Under the pieces are notes generated by a model, which made no database searches, was not told where the DNA came from, and saw only the letters and a program-made list of their open reading frames with translations. The translations under genes were made by a program, and so were the position numbers. This document shows, in pieces, positions 21,601 to 33,815 of a stretch of DNA of 64,000 nucleotides. How positions within the stretch are numbered: the first letter of the stretch is position 1; each line of letters starts with the position of its first letter. This DNA comes from Ascidiella aspersa (Eukaryota). The DNA is taken from NCBI GenBank assembly GCA_963924565.1, contig OZ004609.1, forward strand, positions 32,054,001 through 32,118,000, read 5' to 3'.

Positions 21601-24600
21601 TCGCTGTACTATATAACTAGCGCGAAAGGCCTCCATTTGACGTTGGCGGTGGCGACTGTCAATATTTGGCCACCGTCTAGAAACGCTGGCACCGTTTTTA
21701 ACGACGCCGTGAAACAGCATGGCGAAGTGCTGCAAAAGCTCTGAAGGAATAAGTCCGAACACGTTACACTCACTGTTAAGAGCAATGAGCGCATTTAACT
21801 CGATTCCCGAGTCCTTAAAATCACTTAATCACCCAAAAGTACAAAAATGTATAAGAAAAAGATGCTCATTGAGACTTTGCCAGTAGACACGTATTGTAGA
21901 AATCCGGCGGCAATATTTTCCCAACTACACGTTGGAACTTTTGGCGGGAAATCGTGGTTGGCCGTAAACCTTTGGTCGCGTTACAAACTTTACGAGTCGA
22001 AAAGGTCTGTTGAATATTAAAAGTAAAATTGGCACACAAAGAAAAACGACAAACAATACATCAAAAAAGCGAAGCCACGCCTTGTATGTAAAAGTGGCAT
22101 GCCTTGTGGAATCGTCCGAAAATAAAGCGGACTCGTAGACACGAGCGACCTTTGCATAACACGCCACCTGTGATCAACGCTCAAACTTATATGACCAAAT
22201 AAGGGCAAAACCTACAAGACCCAGTCGCGCTTTGTCAAATAAAGGGTGTGCAGTGTCAAGTGCTTAAACCATCGCAAACCCATCAGTCAAGCCAGTCGTC
22301 GGCCCGCAACACTCAAGGTCAACATTGACACGTGACGTCACGCTCGTGATGTCACGTATCGCGTACGTGGCATTTGACATGGTGTCGTTGCGGCGGCGAC
22401 GAAATGTACCTTGAACGCGCCGTAAATAAAACGTCAAGGCCGATTTCGCTCCATTCTGTGTTTATGCGTTTGTCTGTGTGGTTTGTGTCCTTGTGTGTCT
22501 GTGTGACTATCGTGGGTTTACCGTCGGCGTTGGTCGGGGTTAATGGACGCGACTTTGGTCGCTACTTATCTTGTGGAACCGAAACGCTAACGCTATTGTT
22601 CGCAATTGCAACAACAGAAACCTCAACGAACTCCGCTAATTGATCGGTAAACTTTAAAGCTGTAATTTCCAAACAAACAAGTTCGCAGCACGAGTACTCT
22701 GAAAAGCACTCCAAAAACTCTCCACGATGGCTGACTGTAACTACACTGTTCTGGTAAAACTTTCAGGCTGTTTAAAATACGTATTTTGCCGATGTTTTAT
22801 GATATTTTCACAGGTGCAAAACAAAAACACGGCTTTCCATATTCCATAGTTACCTTTTCAACAAAAAGGCCGTTTTCGCGCGTTTATTTACCGTGACGTC
22901 GATTAGTGACGTCAATCAAAGGGTCGGGATAAAAAAAATCGACGGATTACATCATTAAGCAAACACACAACCACAGAGCATTTACTATATCTCTAGGAAA
23001 AGGGTAATAAAAGACGGATAAATATGGCGACAGGTGGTGCTGACATCATACAGAGGGCCATGAAAAGTGTCGCGCGACTCATCTCCTTTAAGCAAGGACT
23101 GAGGAGCATTTTGAGAGTCACAACGCATAAGCTGTTCGACGCTGGAGTGTTTGCCTTGTTGTCTCATCCCGCGACCGGTAACGGTCGGCTGCCACATGCG
23201 CAAACATCATTAGCGCCCCCCTAGTCCTTGGAGCTGGGTGTGACTGTTCGACTGGCAAGGAGGACACTTACAGAACCTCTCGCGCCACAGTCAAGCACGC
23301 GTTAGAGACTTGCGAAGCGCACTCTTGGCTTGAATCTCGGTTGGAGAACCTCTCTTGAGAAGGAGAGACTCTTCCAAGACACTTGAGCATAAAGGACATA
23401 CCCGCCTTTTGGTGTGGTGCTGCGCTACTGAACGCTCCTTCGGTCAAGGACCGCGCGGTTAACGGATCGCGTTTTGGACTTTTGCTACAGTTGGAGCTCT
23501 CGTTAGCGTAAACAACTTGATCGACGACCTTGCTGCTTCTTTCAATTGTATCGAAACGACAACAGAGGCCTTTTGTTTTCACGTGTATGTTTGTGAACGT
23601 GTTTGTTTAATTGTTTAGCTGTTGTCTTAATAAAGCGACCTTTAGCAGAAATCGGTTAACAATTAACGGAATATCGACTCGCCAATTTGGCCCCGTAAGT
23701 GGCGGAACAAATAATAAAACACACAGCGTGCAAAGGGACAATTAACATTCACTAATTAGCGTCGCGCTGAGGTATATAATTTACAAAGTGGCTCGTCCAA
23801 CACTGCAAAATATCCTTCAATATCGGGGCACAAATAAAAGCGTAAATAGATTACCAATTGTGTGCATTATTCGCTTGGTGTATATACAGTTGCCTGATAA
23901 TAATATCGACACGAGACAATAGTTCGATTAGGCCAGAGTTAGCCTTTGGCGGGCGTCGGAGCTATTCCGGGTCGAGATTTACTAAGAACTACGAAAATTA
24001 AGAAAAAATCAAGCAATTGTCTTTGCAGCTATATTTTTGTGTACCGTGTCCCTAAGTATAGTCTGCGACAATCTGTTGACGCGAAATTCGTGATCGGAGC
24101 ACCCCTAACATACACTTACTTCCACGCGGGCTACAAAGAGGACAGTTCGGCGTTGGACTGTTTCTTTCCCGAAATGCGATTTCGCAGCGAATATCGCGGC
24201 CGCAATCAGTCGCTCCTGCACCAGCACACCAACCTCAAGTACATATATGGACAACGAATGTTCACGAACGTCGGCGGTTTCTCGTTCAAGTCTTAGTTTA
24301 GGTTTAATAGCCGGCGCGTGCGTATTTGCGATACAATCTGGCCGCGAAGCGAAAAGAGCGAAAACGCGAGCGCTTGTTTGTTACGTATGAATAGGCAGAC
24401 CCCGCGGCGCACTATGAATGCGATAAGACAAGGTCGGGTGACGATCCGTCGCCGGTAGCGATTTAAAAACTCTAGCCTGGATTCGTTTTATCTTGGCCGG
24501 AAGTGGGTATATGTTTGCAAATGTTTGTCGTAGTCTCCAGAACACAAAGCAATACAGCCCAAAGGAATTAGATAGTACCGCCAGTTTTACAGTAATCGAC

Positions 24601-27600
24601 AAGCTTTTTATTTTTAGTCGAAATTTGGTGGTTTTGTCAAGTCCCTTGCGGCAATTAAAGTGTCTATTTAGTTGGTGTTTTTGACGCTGGTGTAAGTATA
24701 AGTTTTGCAATAGCGAATTCAATTTGACAATACTCCACATACTGTGGCTTGTTGAACTGCCCCACAATTTAAAACACAAAACTGAGGGTTTCGAAAATAT
24801 CAAACCCAGAACATTTAATAAATCGACACGACTTTCACTTTTTTGCCTACACATCGGAAAATAGAAAGAGGTGGTGATTTTATCGCATGTTCTCGCTATT
24901 ATATCGAGAACTTTCTTTCTCAATATGCCCTGCTTTGAAAAGAGAGGCAGCCTATAGGTGTACGGTTTGCATTAAGCTTAAGTGGGACGAGCAAACGGCG
25001 TCGTAAAGTGGTGCAAGATTGCCGACTGCAAAAGGGTCGCTATATTTGCGATTTGCAAGTACTCAGAAGGTTCGCTCAAGCTCTGGCACCTGCAATTAAC
25101 GTAAAGGGCCACCTCGGACGCGGTCGGCCAAATAACCGGTGGGACGGGAATTAGCGTTCCGAGAAAAAATACCCAAGATAACCCACGCCGTGGCGGCGGT
25201 TCTACAGCTTGCAATTATGTACAAAACGCATTTGATCACGTTCAAGTGAGTTTTTAACCGCAACCTTTTGAGACTACTTCGAAACGCGCCATACTTCGCT
25301 TATAACAATGTATAACAATTTCACTCCCTGACAAGCTTACAGTTGCAAAACAGTCCGACCCCTTTTTTACCAGGCCAATTTTGTGCAATTTTCGCATTGC
25401 TGAGACTATTCTTTTTTGGTGTAAACCTATTGTCGGCGAATATGTGAGACGCGTTTAGTCGGTGAGCATAGACAGAATTACCGGAACAAATTGCGATGAA
25501 ACACGTTTCCGCGATTGTAATCAAACCCGCGTATGCTTTTTCCTCTTTTTTCCAATTTTTTTACGGGAGCCAAAATACTTGGCATTTATAGGGGCCGGTA
25601 TCTCAACCCATTACGAAATTCGACCTTGTCCATTTGAAAAGTATTTGTCGACAGGATTAGTTTTGAATTTATTGTCCAAATAATATGTAGGTTTTTAGAA
25701 GCTGAATGGAAGAGTTGCTTAAACCTAAACTATTTTGTTGACAGGATCATTTTCGATTCTATCTTTAGTTTTTGAGAGCTAATGAGTGAGAAGACTAAAC
25801 CTAGTTACCCCAATGGCAACTTATAGAGCTGCAAACACACGAAATTAAGCCATTATCCGTGATACTCGACCCGCCAAACGACGGTTCAAAACGGTCCTAA
25901 GCAAACCGGCTATGCGCACATGAAACAAACCAGAAAATTTAGCCAACAACATCACGCCCAAGCCGACCCGGCGCGAATTAACCGCTCTTGGGCGCGGCAA
26001 TCCGCTTAATGCAAAACGAATTGCGAAAAGACGAGCAGGTTAGCAGCGACCGAGGAAAAAGCCGATTAGTCGTGTCAGGCGCTAAGCCGTTTCGAGGGCG
26101 CCGACCCGTCGAGATAATGCTTTGAGATGCGGCCTATTAAAGCAAGAGACACATAGGGAGCAAATCGAATCTGGCGACTTTTAAAGTTTGCCCAGATGTT
26201 CGGCATATGGCGGCGACGGGGGGCGACGGGGGGCGACGGGGACGACGGGGGACGACGGGGACAAGCAGCGGCCAAATGGCCAGACCCGCCTTCCCAGCGG
26301 GAATTGTCGTTCTCCTTTTTCCATAGGGTTTGTAGACAATGGGTGGGAAACCTGCGTATCACTACGGACCGCATAAATCGCATAATAAATTTGGGTGGAC
26401 CAAAAACAACGAAACAATACCGTATAGCCTGTATGTGATATAGTTTAACAGTTCTCATGGCAAACTACACCCTTTTGTAATAGTGGTTTTGTTTTTCGAA
26501 GCATTTAAAGAGTCTATTCATGCCAAATTAAGTACGCTTCCCGTCCCTTCGACAGACGAACGCCCGGAATTCCCCATGCGCTTTGAACGATGTGTTTCCA
26601 ATTTCAGACGCAATTTGGCAGCATAGAAGTCAAATTTTTGCTTGGCGTTTTCCGTCGTAATTTCCCCGCTATTATTGAGCGGGCGGGCGACAAAAACAAT
26701 GGCCGGCTTACAAGCTTTTCGAGCACCTTTGCTCGTCCAGCCGCCCATTAGCTGCGGTTAGTCGACTGCTCCGTGCCTGGTACCGCCCCTCCGCCCAGCA
26801 TCGGCGATCCCGGCCGAGGCTGCGCGCGAGACTAAGGCGGCGCTAATAACAGTTTCGAGCTGATAATTCTCGCCGTCGCTAAAGCGTTCAATCGACATTT
26901 CCAAGGCGCCTTGAAAAATCAACTCGCTAAGTGGCCGCTCTTGTTACGTCACAGAGGCAGACGCCGGCCCCGCTGCGCTCGTAGATGAAAGGACACAAGG
27001 GCGTGATAAAATGGTTCCATGTTCCCGTCCCTATCAATTGGACGCCAAAGTATTTTAAAATCTATTCTGATGGGATTACGGCATCATGTACGCAAGGTTA
27101 ACAAGTTACGTCGTATTTTGCGATTTGATAGTCACATTGGACTCAACAGAAATTCACACGTTCAAATAGCTCACGGCAAGCAATCAACTGCGGTGGATCC
27201 TAAACGGCGCGCCGCAGCATTTCGGCTGCCACTTATCTCACAGCACGTCAAAGCTTATTTTAAAACACCAAGTGACTCCCACGCCGCAATGCGAATCCCG
27301 TGTCAAAGGCGGACCTTACGTAACCTGACAGGACTCTCCCAGCGATAAAAGACGTTGCAGGGGTCCGTAGGCAAAGCCTAAAGGGCCAACGCGGCCTACA
27401 GAGACAGCAGCAAAAACAACACACTTGTCCAGCATTGGTCGTTACGTGTCAGTTGTGGTCACGCCTCGGCGGGCGCATTTACGACAGGACAAGACTGACC
27501 TGGCGTATTATGACGCGCCTACCGGTCATCAACATAGCGCTTATGGGAAAGCCCCTTGTTTTGCTACCTGTTAAGAAGGAAACATGGCGAGTGAGCGTCG

Positions 27601-30600
27601 TGTGCCTGGCACAGGTCCGGCGTAATGACACGGATTAAAGGGGAAAGCAGCCTCGCGACGCGACTACATCAGAGAGCGCTAAACGTCCGGAAACGCACGA
27701 TGCTTGAATCTTGAGCACCTGTTAGCCACGTGACCACTGTGGTCCTACAAAGCCATCGCCGCCAAGAAGTGCTGGTAAATGACCACCTCGAAACGAAACC
27801 GGTTAGCTGAGATTTGTAAATGAGCAAGTTGTGGGCAAAAATGTGGGCGGAATGGTACTATAGTCTAAGTTTAATATTGAAGAGGCCTGATAATACGCTT
27901 TTCTGTCAGTTGGGAACATGACTTCATAAACATCGAAACAAAAACAAACTGATTGGAGCAAATTGTAGAGCTTGCAACGACCGTGATTTTTCAACTGGAG
28001 TTCAATACATTTACAAAACACATGGGTTGCCTTTTTCCTAACCTTGTGTCCTAAACTGTATGAGTGGCGATAAAGTTCAAGGATATTAACGATTAACTTT
28101 CAATAAAGCAATTGGCTTTCAAGAGTTTGTTATTAAGCGGATTAAGGCACATGACTCGGCATTTCGTTTTGCGGCGTCACCGACCGCAAAGAAGGATGCC
28201 AATTGCTTCTGAACCCGGTTTGCCGCAAATACATCGGCGGCGCACACGCCCGCTAATCAGTGGCGGTCATACTGTAAAAGGAATACGCTCGTGTGTAAAA
28301 TCCAACCGTCGACATTTTTTTGTAAACTCGGAGCGAACGTGTGAACTAAACTTAGAACCTTGGATCGTCCTTAAAAATAAAGAAATTAGCCCCAAAGAGT
28401 ATCGTTTTAGTTACATTATTATATTTGTCATGTTTATTGTGGGTACTAATTACAAGGGAATTGAGTACGGCTGTTTAAAACAAATAAAATTGACCCTTTT
28501 CTCCCAAATTAGGAGGCAAAAGTTCACATCTTTAAAACATGTCATTTTAAGTTCTCCAAATTAATTTTCGAAAAGCGAAAACTCCCGATTTTCTCCGTTT
28601 TAAGCCACGTCGAGGATAATGTCAAGTTTGGCGTCTGGCATCAATCATTTATGCGCTAGAACGGCGCAGTGGAAGGCGATGAAAGTCGTCGTCGTCGGAC
28701 GAATCCGCCGCAACGCAATAAAGCCGAAACTGAGTCGAATGCATATATTTAAAGAGCGCGCGCGAGCGGGCAAGCAAGAGAAAGAAAAACACACAAAATC
28801 GAGCGGCTGAAATGGCTTGTTTGTGCAGTTGTGCCTGCTGAAAGGGCCCGTGGGCCGTTCGCGTGTATACTCAGTCGGCGCAGGCCCAGACCCGACCCGT
28901 TTGCGGCCGTCCGGGGACAATGGCCTCGACGACGTACGGCTGGGGGGGGGAGGTCATAACAAATGGGGCAGCGCCGATTTCGGCCGTCGAGAAACCACAC
29001 TGCCAAATTTACGAAGCAGATTACTGTAGGTTCGTCGTTTTCGCTCAAAAAATCGATCTTGCGCGACAGAAAAGATTGAGCGATGCCCGTGATTTTATCT
29101 ACTGCGGAAACGCCGAGATTTAAAGCGTCCAACAATTGGCTTCTCGACTCTGAGCCTAATTGATCACCGCCACTGCGAGGAAAGGAATGCGAAAGGGTGG
29201 TTTACCTTTGGAAGGTAGCAACAAAAACGTCACCAAAATTTTAAACGGTTTGCTAATTGACCACTCCGATGTATTTTCCGGCGTAATAAAAATTATACAA
29301 ATTATAAATTAATTTTGTTTGAAGTAAAAAAAATCGTAGCAGAAATGGCGAACCGTTGACTGACACCGCTATACTTGCTAATGTACTAAACAATACGCAG
29401 AAATATAAAACCAAGTTGTGTAACTTTGTGTATCTACACGCGAGGCAAATGCCCGAGTCATATGTTTGCGATTGCCATTTTACAATGGTAAACTATGCAC
29501 GGATCTGTAATATATCTTGAAAATGAACTTCAAAGCCAAATAGGTCGAGTAAATCGACATAATCGAAAAAAGACGTTCCTTCTTTTAAAATGGAGGTATG
29601 ATTAAATTTCAGTAACATTAACTGATGACGATATAAGTGTTTATCGAAACGTATTTTTTCAGATGATGTCAATTTACTTGACCTATTTGACTTTGGCCTT
29701 TATTTTCAAGCCACATTTTACGATGGATATACTACTTTCATCTCGAACAAAGGAGCTCTAGTCAAAATCGTGTCATCAAGGAGTTGCACTGTGTTGTGCA
29801 ACTTGAGATTCTAGAGCAATATTACACTCTTATGAAACTTGAAGCTCCACTTGTGATGTGTGGGCTTCAACCTTATCGCCAAACCCGTAAGGTTTACAAG
29901 TCCATTTCGGCCGATATTCGCAAGCTCTTGCGCAATTCGAAGCAAACAGATCGGAAGATTGCGTCAGAATTCATTTCGGAAAAAATTCAACCCACTTTCC
30001 GCGGCCAAGCAGACGGAAGTGCTTGTCCCTATAGACAGGCACAGATTTTTAATGGGAACAAATTTGTCGTTTCTCGGCGGCGACGCATTGAAATCTGTCC
30101 AGCCGTGTAGGACAAGAGGAGAGGGCGCGCGCCCCAAATAATAGCCCCTGTTGCCAATTGAGCGTAAAAAAGGTAACGACCACCTCGGTAGAAATGAACT
30201 TGCCTTCGAGACTCAGTCGCGTGATCTTTTTATCTTTTACGCCGTAAATGTACGTCTGTTCAAAAGAAGGGTGTGTATGAGTTGGGGGGATAAAGGACTT
30301 GGACTGTAAATATGCGCTTGCGTGCTCCGGGCATTGAAACGCGGCTATTTTGTGGGTTTGGCCCGCGGCGAAAAACAGCCAGTTATGCCGACCGGCAAAT
30401 ATGCATTGAAGTCTCGCTTTAAAGCGTCTTTCTGCTTATGAAAGTACCGGTATGGCTATTTGCATTTGAGACTGGCAATTTCGGCGCAGAGCCCTATACA
30501 AGAATGGCAAAGCGACCTGAAAACGTGCTGTAAAGTGAATTCGCGTTCAAAGCCACTGAACTTTGGTTGAAAGGTTACAAATTAAATTGCCGGCTACCTG

Positions 30601-33035
30601 TTTTTTGTTATGCCGTCAAATGAAAATTCGCGAAAACAACTATTGGAACGGCGTTGTCATGCGAATTTTATTTGGCGTGGAGCGGTTTTGTTATTCCTCC
30701 AGGGCCGTAACTGAGGTACGCCACCTGTGGGCTCTGTTTTCTCTGTACAAAGCTCACACAAAGAAACTGTCGAGGCGGTTTTAAAAGGGCCGTGAAGGGA
30801 AAGGGTGCTGTTTAACTGTTTATCGAGCGGGCAAGCCCAACTTCGTTACACACTTGTTAAACACTTGTACTACACAACTGGTAAGCGTAAATCTTCGGGC
30901 GGTTTTATGGCGCCTTCGAACCGTACGAGCTATAAGGAGTTTTCTTCAAATATGACGCCTACTACTACTATTGGCAAAACGTAGGGCAGTCATAAAGGTC
31001 CGGATCCAAGGTTAATTGCTCAGATGTTTTCTTTAGGGTTACGAGCACGCCTCGGCAAATTTGAACTGGTGAAGCGCCCGTGGTGCAATAACCTTATCGA
31101 GAGTTTTTTTTGTGACAAGGTTCAAGCCGTTTTGCAGATTGATCGCGTTGTTTGCGAACGAAGGACAAACAAATACACCGCGTACCTCCCATAAAAAGGC
31201 ACTTTAACCTTCGTTTCAGTTCATTTCCACGCGTTTCACAGCGTTTTGTCTTTTTTATCCTGTTGTAAGTTCAAACAAAATACAGCAAACGAGCTTTATG
31301 TTAAAAAAGCGCGTGTTCTAGGGAGGACAAAACATCTGCGATAATTGCAGATCCGTCAAAAGGACTAGAAAGTCTCGACATAAAGCACTAAGTGCTGTTT
31401 ACTTTGGGTTATGAATCACCTGGCATCAATTATTAACCAACCCCGGGACCCTAAACCATGGGTTGTGGATTAACTTTAAGCGGTAATTTTTTGGACATGT
31501 ACACTTGTACGGCTGTAGGTAGAATCGTTTTCATACACGCTATAGCCCGAATTATATTGTCTGATAACACTATAAAACATTCAGCGCTTTTTAAATAGCC
31601 CTTCCTACGAGTTCGTTTGTTTGAAAAGCTCTTTCTACGAATCATGAGTTTCTATTTTACACCATACATCAGCGAATTTAACGAAAAGCGTTGAAATGTC
31701 AAGGAACCTGAAAATGTCACGGATTTATTGAAGCCCTTAAGCCATAAACAAGGATGTGACTCATTCCAAATACGAAAATAAACGTGGATAAGCCTATCGA
31801 ATAAACAAAAGCCATATCGCGAAATCGAAACCTTGCTCGATTTAAATTCATAAGTGTAGCAATGGCGCATATAAAGACGAATTTTGTTGTTTTGTCCAGT
31901 TTTCGTCTCATTTTATAACATCACCTTAGGAGCGTCTGAAACAACATTCTCGACAAGCGGGAAGAATTCGCTCGTGATGTAAGCCTTCACGGTATTCGGA
32001 AAACAACAACAGAAACGAAGACGCTTGGTTGATCGCTCTGTCGGCCAGCCCACGGCATCGCTGTCGGATTTTTCGCCTAATAACTGAATCATAAAGGGCG
32101 GCACTCGGCATAGCTGCCAACACAAACCCGATCATCCGCGACTCGACTTCCCTCTTGAAAACACCGAGGAAAAACTCGAAGAGGCCAGAAAACGCGCAAC
32201 CTCGGACTTAACCGTGCGTAAATGCGACGGTGAATCATATAGGGCAACTTTGCTTGAAAAAAAACCTGCCCGCATACCACAAGCCGCTCTAAGTCGTTCG
32301 ACAACAGGCAAATCGTGTATGTCAAGGGCTGTTTGGAGCCGATCGAATGACTTGTTCTAAACTTCTAAAGTGCGTAAGAGGCGTTGCGACGCACGATAGG
32401 AAAACAACAAGAACTAAAACCAGCACTCCATTAGGAGTAGACTCATACGAGTGGCTGTGTGGCACAATTTACAGTTGTCATTAGAATTAAACAAATTTCA
32501 TTGTTTAACAAATTTATCGATGGTGATATGAGCAACATAGGGCTATTTCAATCTTTGTCCACCTTTAAAATATACGACTTATACAATGTTTTTATGTGAA
32601 CGGAATGTCTTGTAAATGGATCACAGCAAGTCCAATCGTCACATACCTTTAAGCCTAATGGCTGGAGTTGTAGTTCGAAGTAGAATGAATTTCAAAGCCA
32701 ACATTAAAGTAGCTAACAGTTTTTAAATGCTTCGAAGACTGTTTCATACATTTTTAACATGTTAACATAACCATTCGCCAATTTACTACACTAGTTGCTT
32801 AATACCATAGATCGGCAGCTATAGTTACTCACTACGGATTACATTTGCTGCTTGCGATCCCGTTTCACGTGGTCCTAAACAACATTTACAAATTTTGCTT
32901 TACTCACTCAGCCGTTACGTCGGGGTTCCACGGCACCAGGTGAGTCTTTTCCTCTCTGGACAGTCTCCGTTCTGCCTCGCCTCCACTGAGCACGATCGCC
33001 AACAGAGTCAGCACGGTAGTCCTTTGATAAAGCAT
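15586..33035 (-). CDS. Efna: Ephrin-A-like (GPI-anchored) ligand, paralogue 1, 5 coding exons, 248 aa
   Basis: Exons (minus) 33035-32908, 18409-18243, 16782-16657, 16205-15984 and 15689-15586 are all GT-AG with phases 2,1,1,1 and total 747 nt. Contains a signal peptide, THLVPWN, YMDLYCPQY, FNVS..FYKC, DCNNP..KLTTKFQKRSPNPLGFIFLPGHYYYY, a Thr/Pro stalk, and an NGA omega-like site with a hydrophobic tail. Confidence 0.95.
15984..16205 (-). CDS. Efna: Ephrin-A paralogue 1, coding exon 4 (last strand and Thr/Pro/Lys stalk)
   Basis: Encodes AFSDLTKMTCENAMRMRIKVRH...PKPTPPTTTTTPK...ARPI; acceptor ccttccag; donor G|GTAAAG. Confidence 0.92.
16657..16782 (-). CDS. Efna: Ephrin-A paralogue 1, coding exon 3 (G-H receptor-binding loop); absent from the ORF track
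   Basis: Encodes EFRKIFDCNNPTQTRKLTTKFQKRSPNPLGFIFLPGHYYYYL; acceptor ctcgttcag; donor G|GTAAGT. Confidence 0.95.
18243..18409 (-). CDS. Efna: Ephrin-A paralogue 1, coding exon 2
   Basis: Acceptor gtgttgcag; encodes FSYGEIYHLEVHSNEYMDLYCPQY...FAIFNVSEENFYKCTLGEKH; donor G|GTAAGT. Confidence 0.95.
26212..26260 (+). repeat. (GGCGACGGGG)n-like tandem repeat, G-quadruplex candidate
   Basis: Five units, each with a G-run of 4-6. Confidence 0.8.
29516..29710 (+). mobile_element. Foldback element with ~62-bp arms enclosing a hammerhead-like motif (29622-29653)
   Basis: Arms 29516-29577 and 29648-29710; CTGATGA-C-GATA(taagtgtt)TATC-GAAA-CG-TA; helix I is weak. Confidence 0.45.
32908..33035 (-). 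CDS. Efna: Ephrin-A paralogue 1, first coding exon (signal peptide and first strand)
   Basis: Encodes MLYQRTTVLTLLAIVLSGGEAERRLSREEKTHLVPWNPDVTA; donor GA|GTGAGT, phase 2, matches the next exon. Confidence 0.85.
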
Positions 33036-33770
33036 TTTTGCCAGGGCAAATTTCACAGCAGTGGTTACATCAAAAAATAAGCTTTTAATCTGAAACAAAA
33101 CGTCGAACAGTGGGTTATTGAATGATATATTTGTGCTTGATTATAAAGAAATAAACCTTTTTCGCAATACAGTTTGAAACGAATTATCGCAGTTATTATA
33201 GTTTACCAAGATGCACAATTGGAAAGGACTGATTCTGACTTTAATTACAAACGAAACAATTAAACACTGAAGGATTTTATTACTTAAAACAAAACAGGCT
33301 TAGATTACTACAACAATCTAAAGTAAACGCTCAATGGCTAATTCAATACAACCTACAACATACATAAAGTACACTCGTTCTGACGTTAAACCAATATACA
33401 GCACCAAAACATCTCACGTTACATCTCGCCAAACGGGCGTCGCAAAGAACAAGGCTATTCACAACGGGTTCGTCATCCAACACCACTGACCCAACAGACC
33501 TCGCTGGCAACAGTGTTTCACCACACGGCGCCTCCTACCAAAACTCGACAGCGCTAATCTGCTTCATCTCAAGCTAAGCGCTGCCCGAAAAGCTCGCCTG
33601 AAGGCTAAAGCTCAAGAAACGCTTTAACAGCGCACACAGCAAGTTTGTTGCCGGACTAGAGAGCGCAAGAGACGTGACTGTTTCTTGCCCGCGGGCCCGA
33701 TCGGCGGTTTTTAGCGCGGGCGCCTTTGCCTTTTGCTTACAGAGAGCTTCTTGACAGCGCGCGCACTCAC

Positions 33771-33815
33771 TCATAAGCAGCACAACACAGCTACAAACAC
33801 TTGAACTGACTGATT
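33771..33815 (-). promoter_or_regulatory. Candidate initiator/TSS and short non-coding first exon of ephrin paralogue 1
   Basis: Inr-like TCAGTCAGTT on minus near 33804-33813 in a CpG-rich stretch; donor GA|GTGAGT at 33771/33770; acceptor ttttgtttcag at 33090, 54 nt before the ATG. The acceptor could instead be a spliced-leader trans-splice site. Confidence 0.4.

Noticed and set aside
23268-23582. 104-aa minus-strand ORF ending at a phase-2 GTAAGT donor compatible with ephrin exon 2
   Set aside because: No signal peptide, no ephrin first-strand motif and no clear acceptor; a chance GTAAGT is expected in 14.5 kb.
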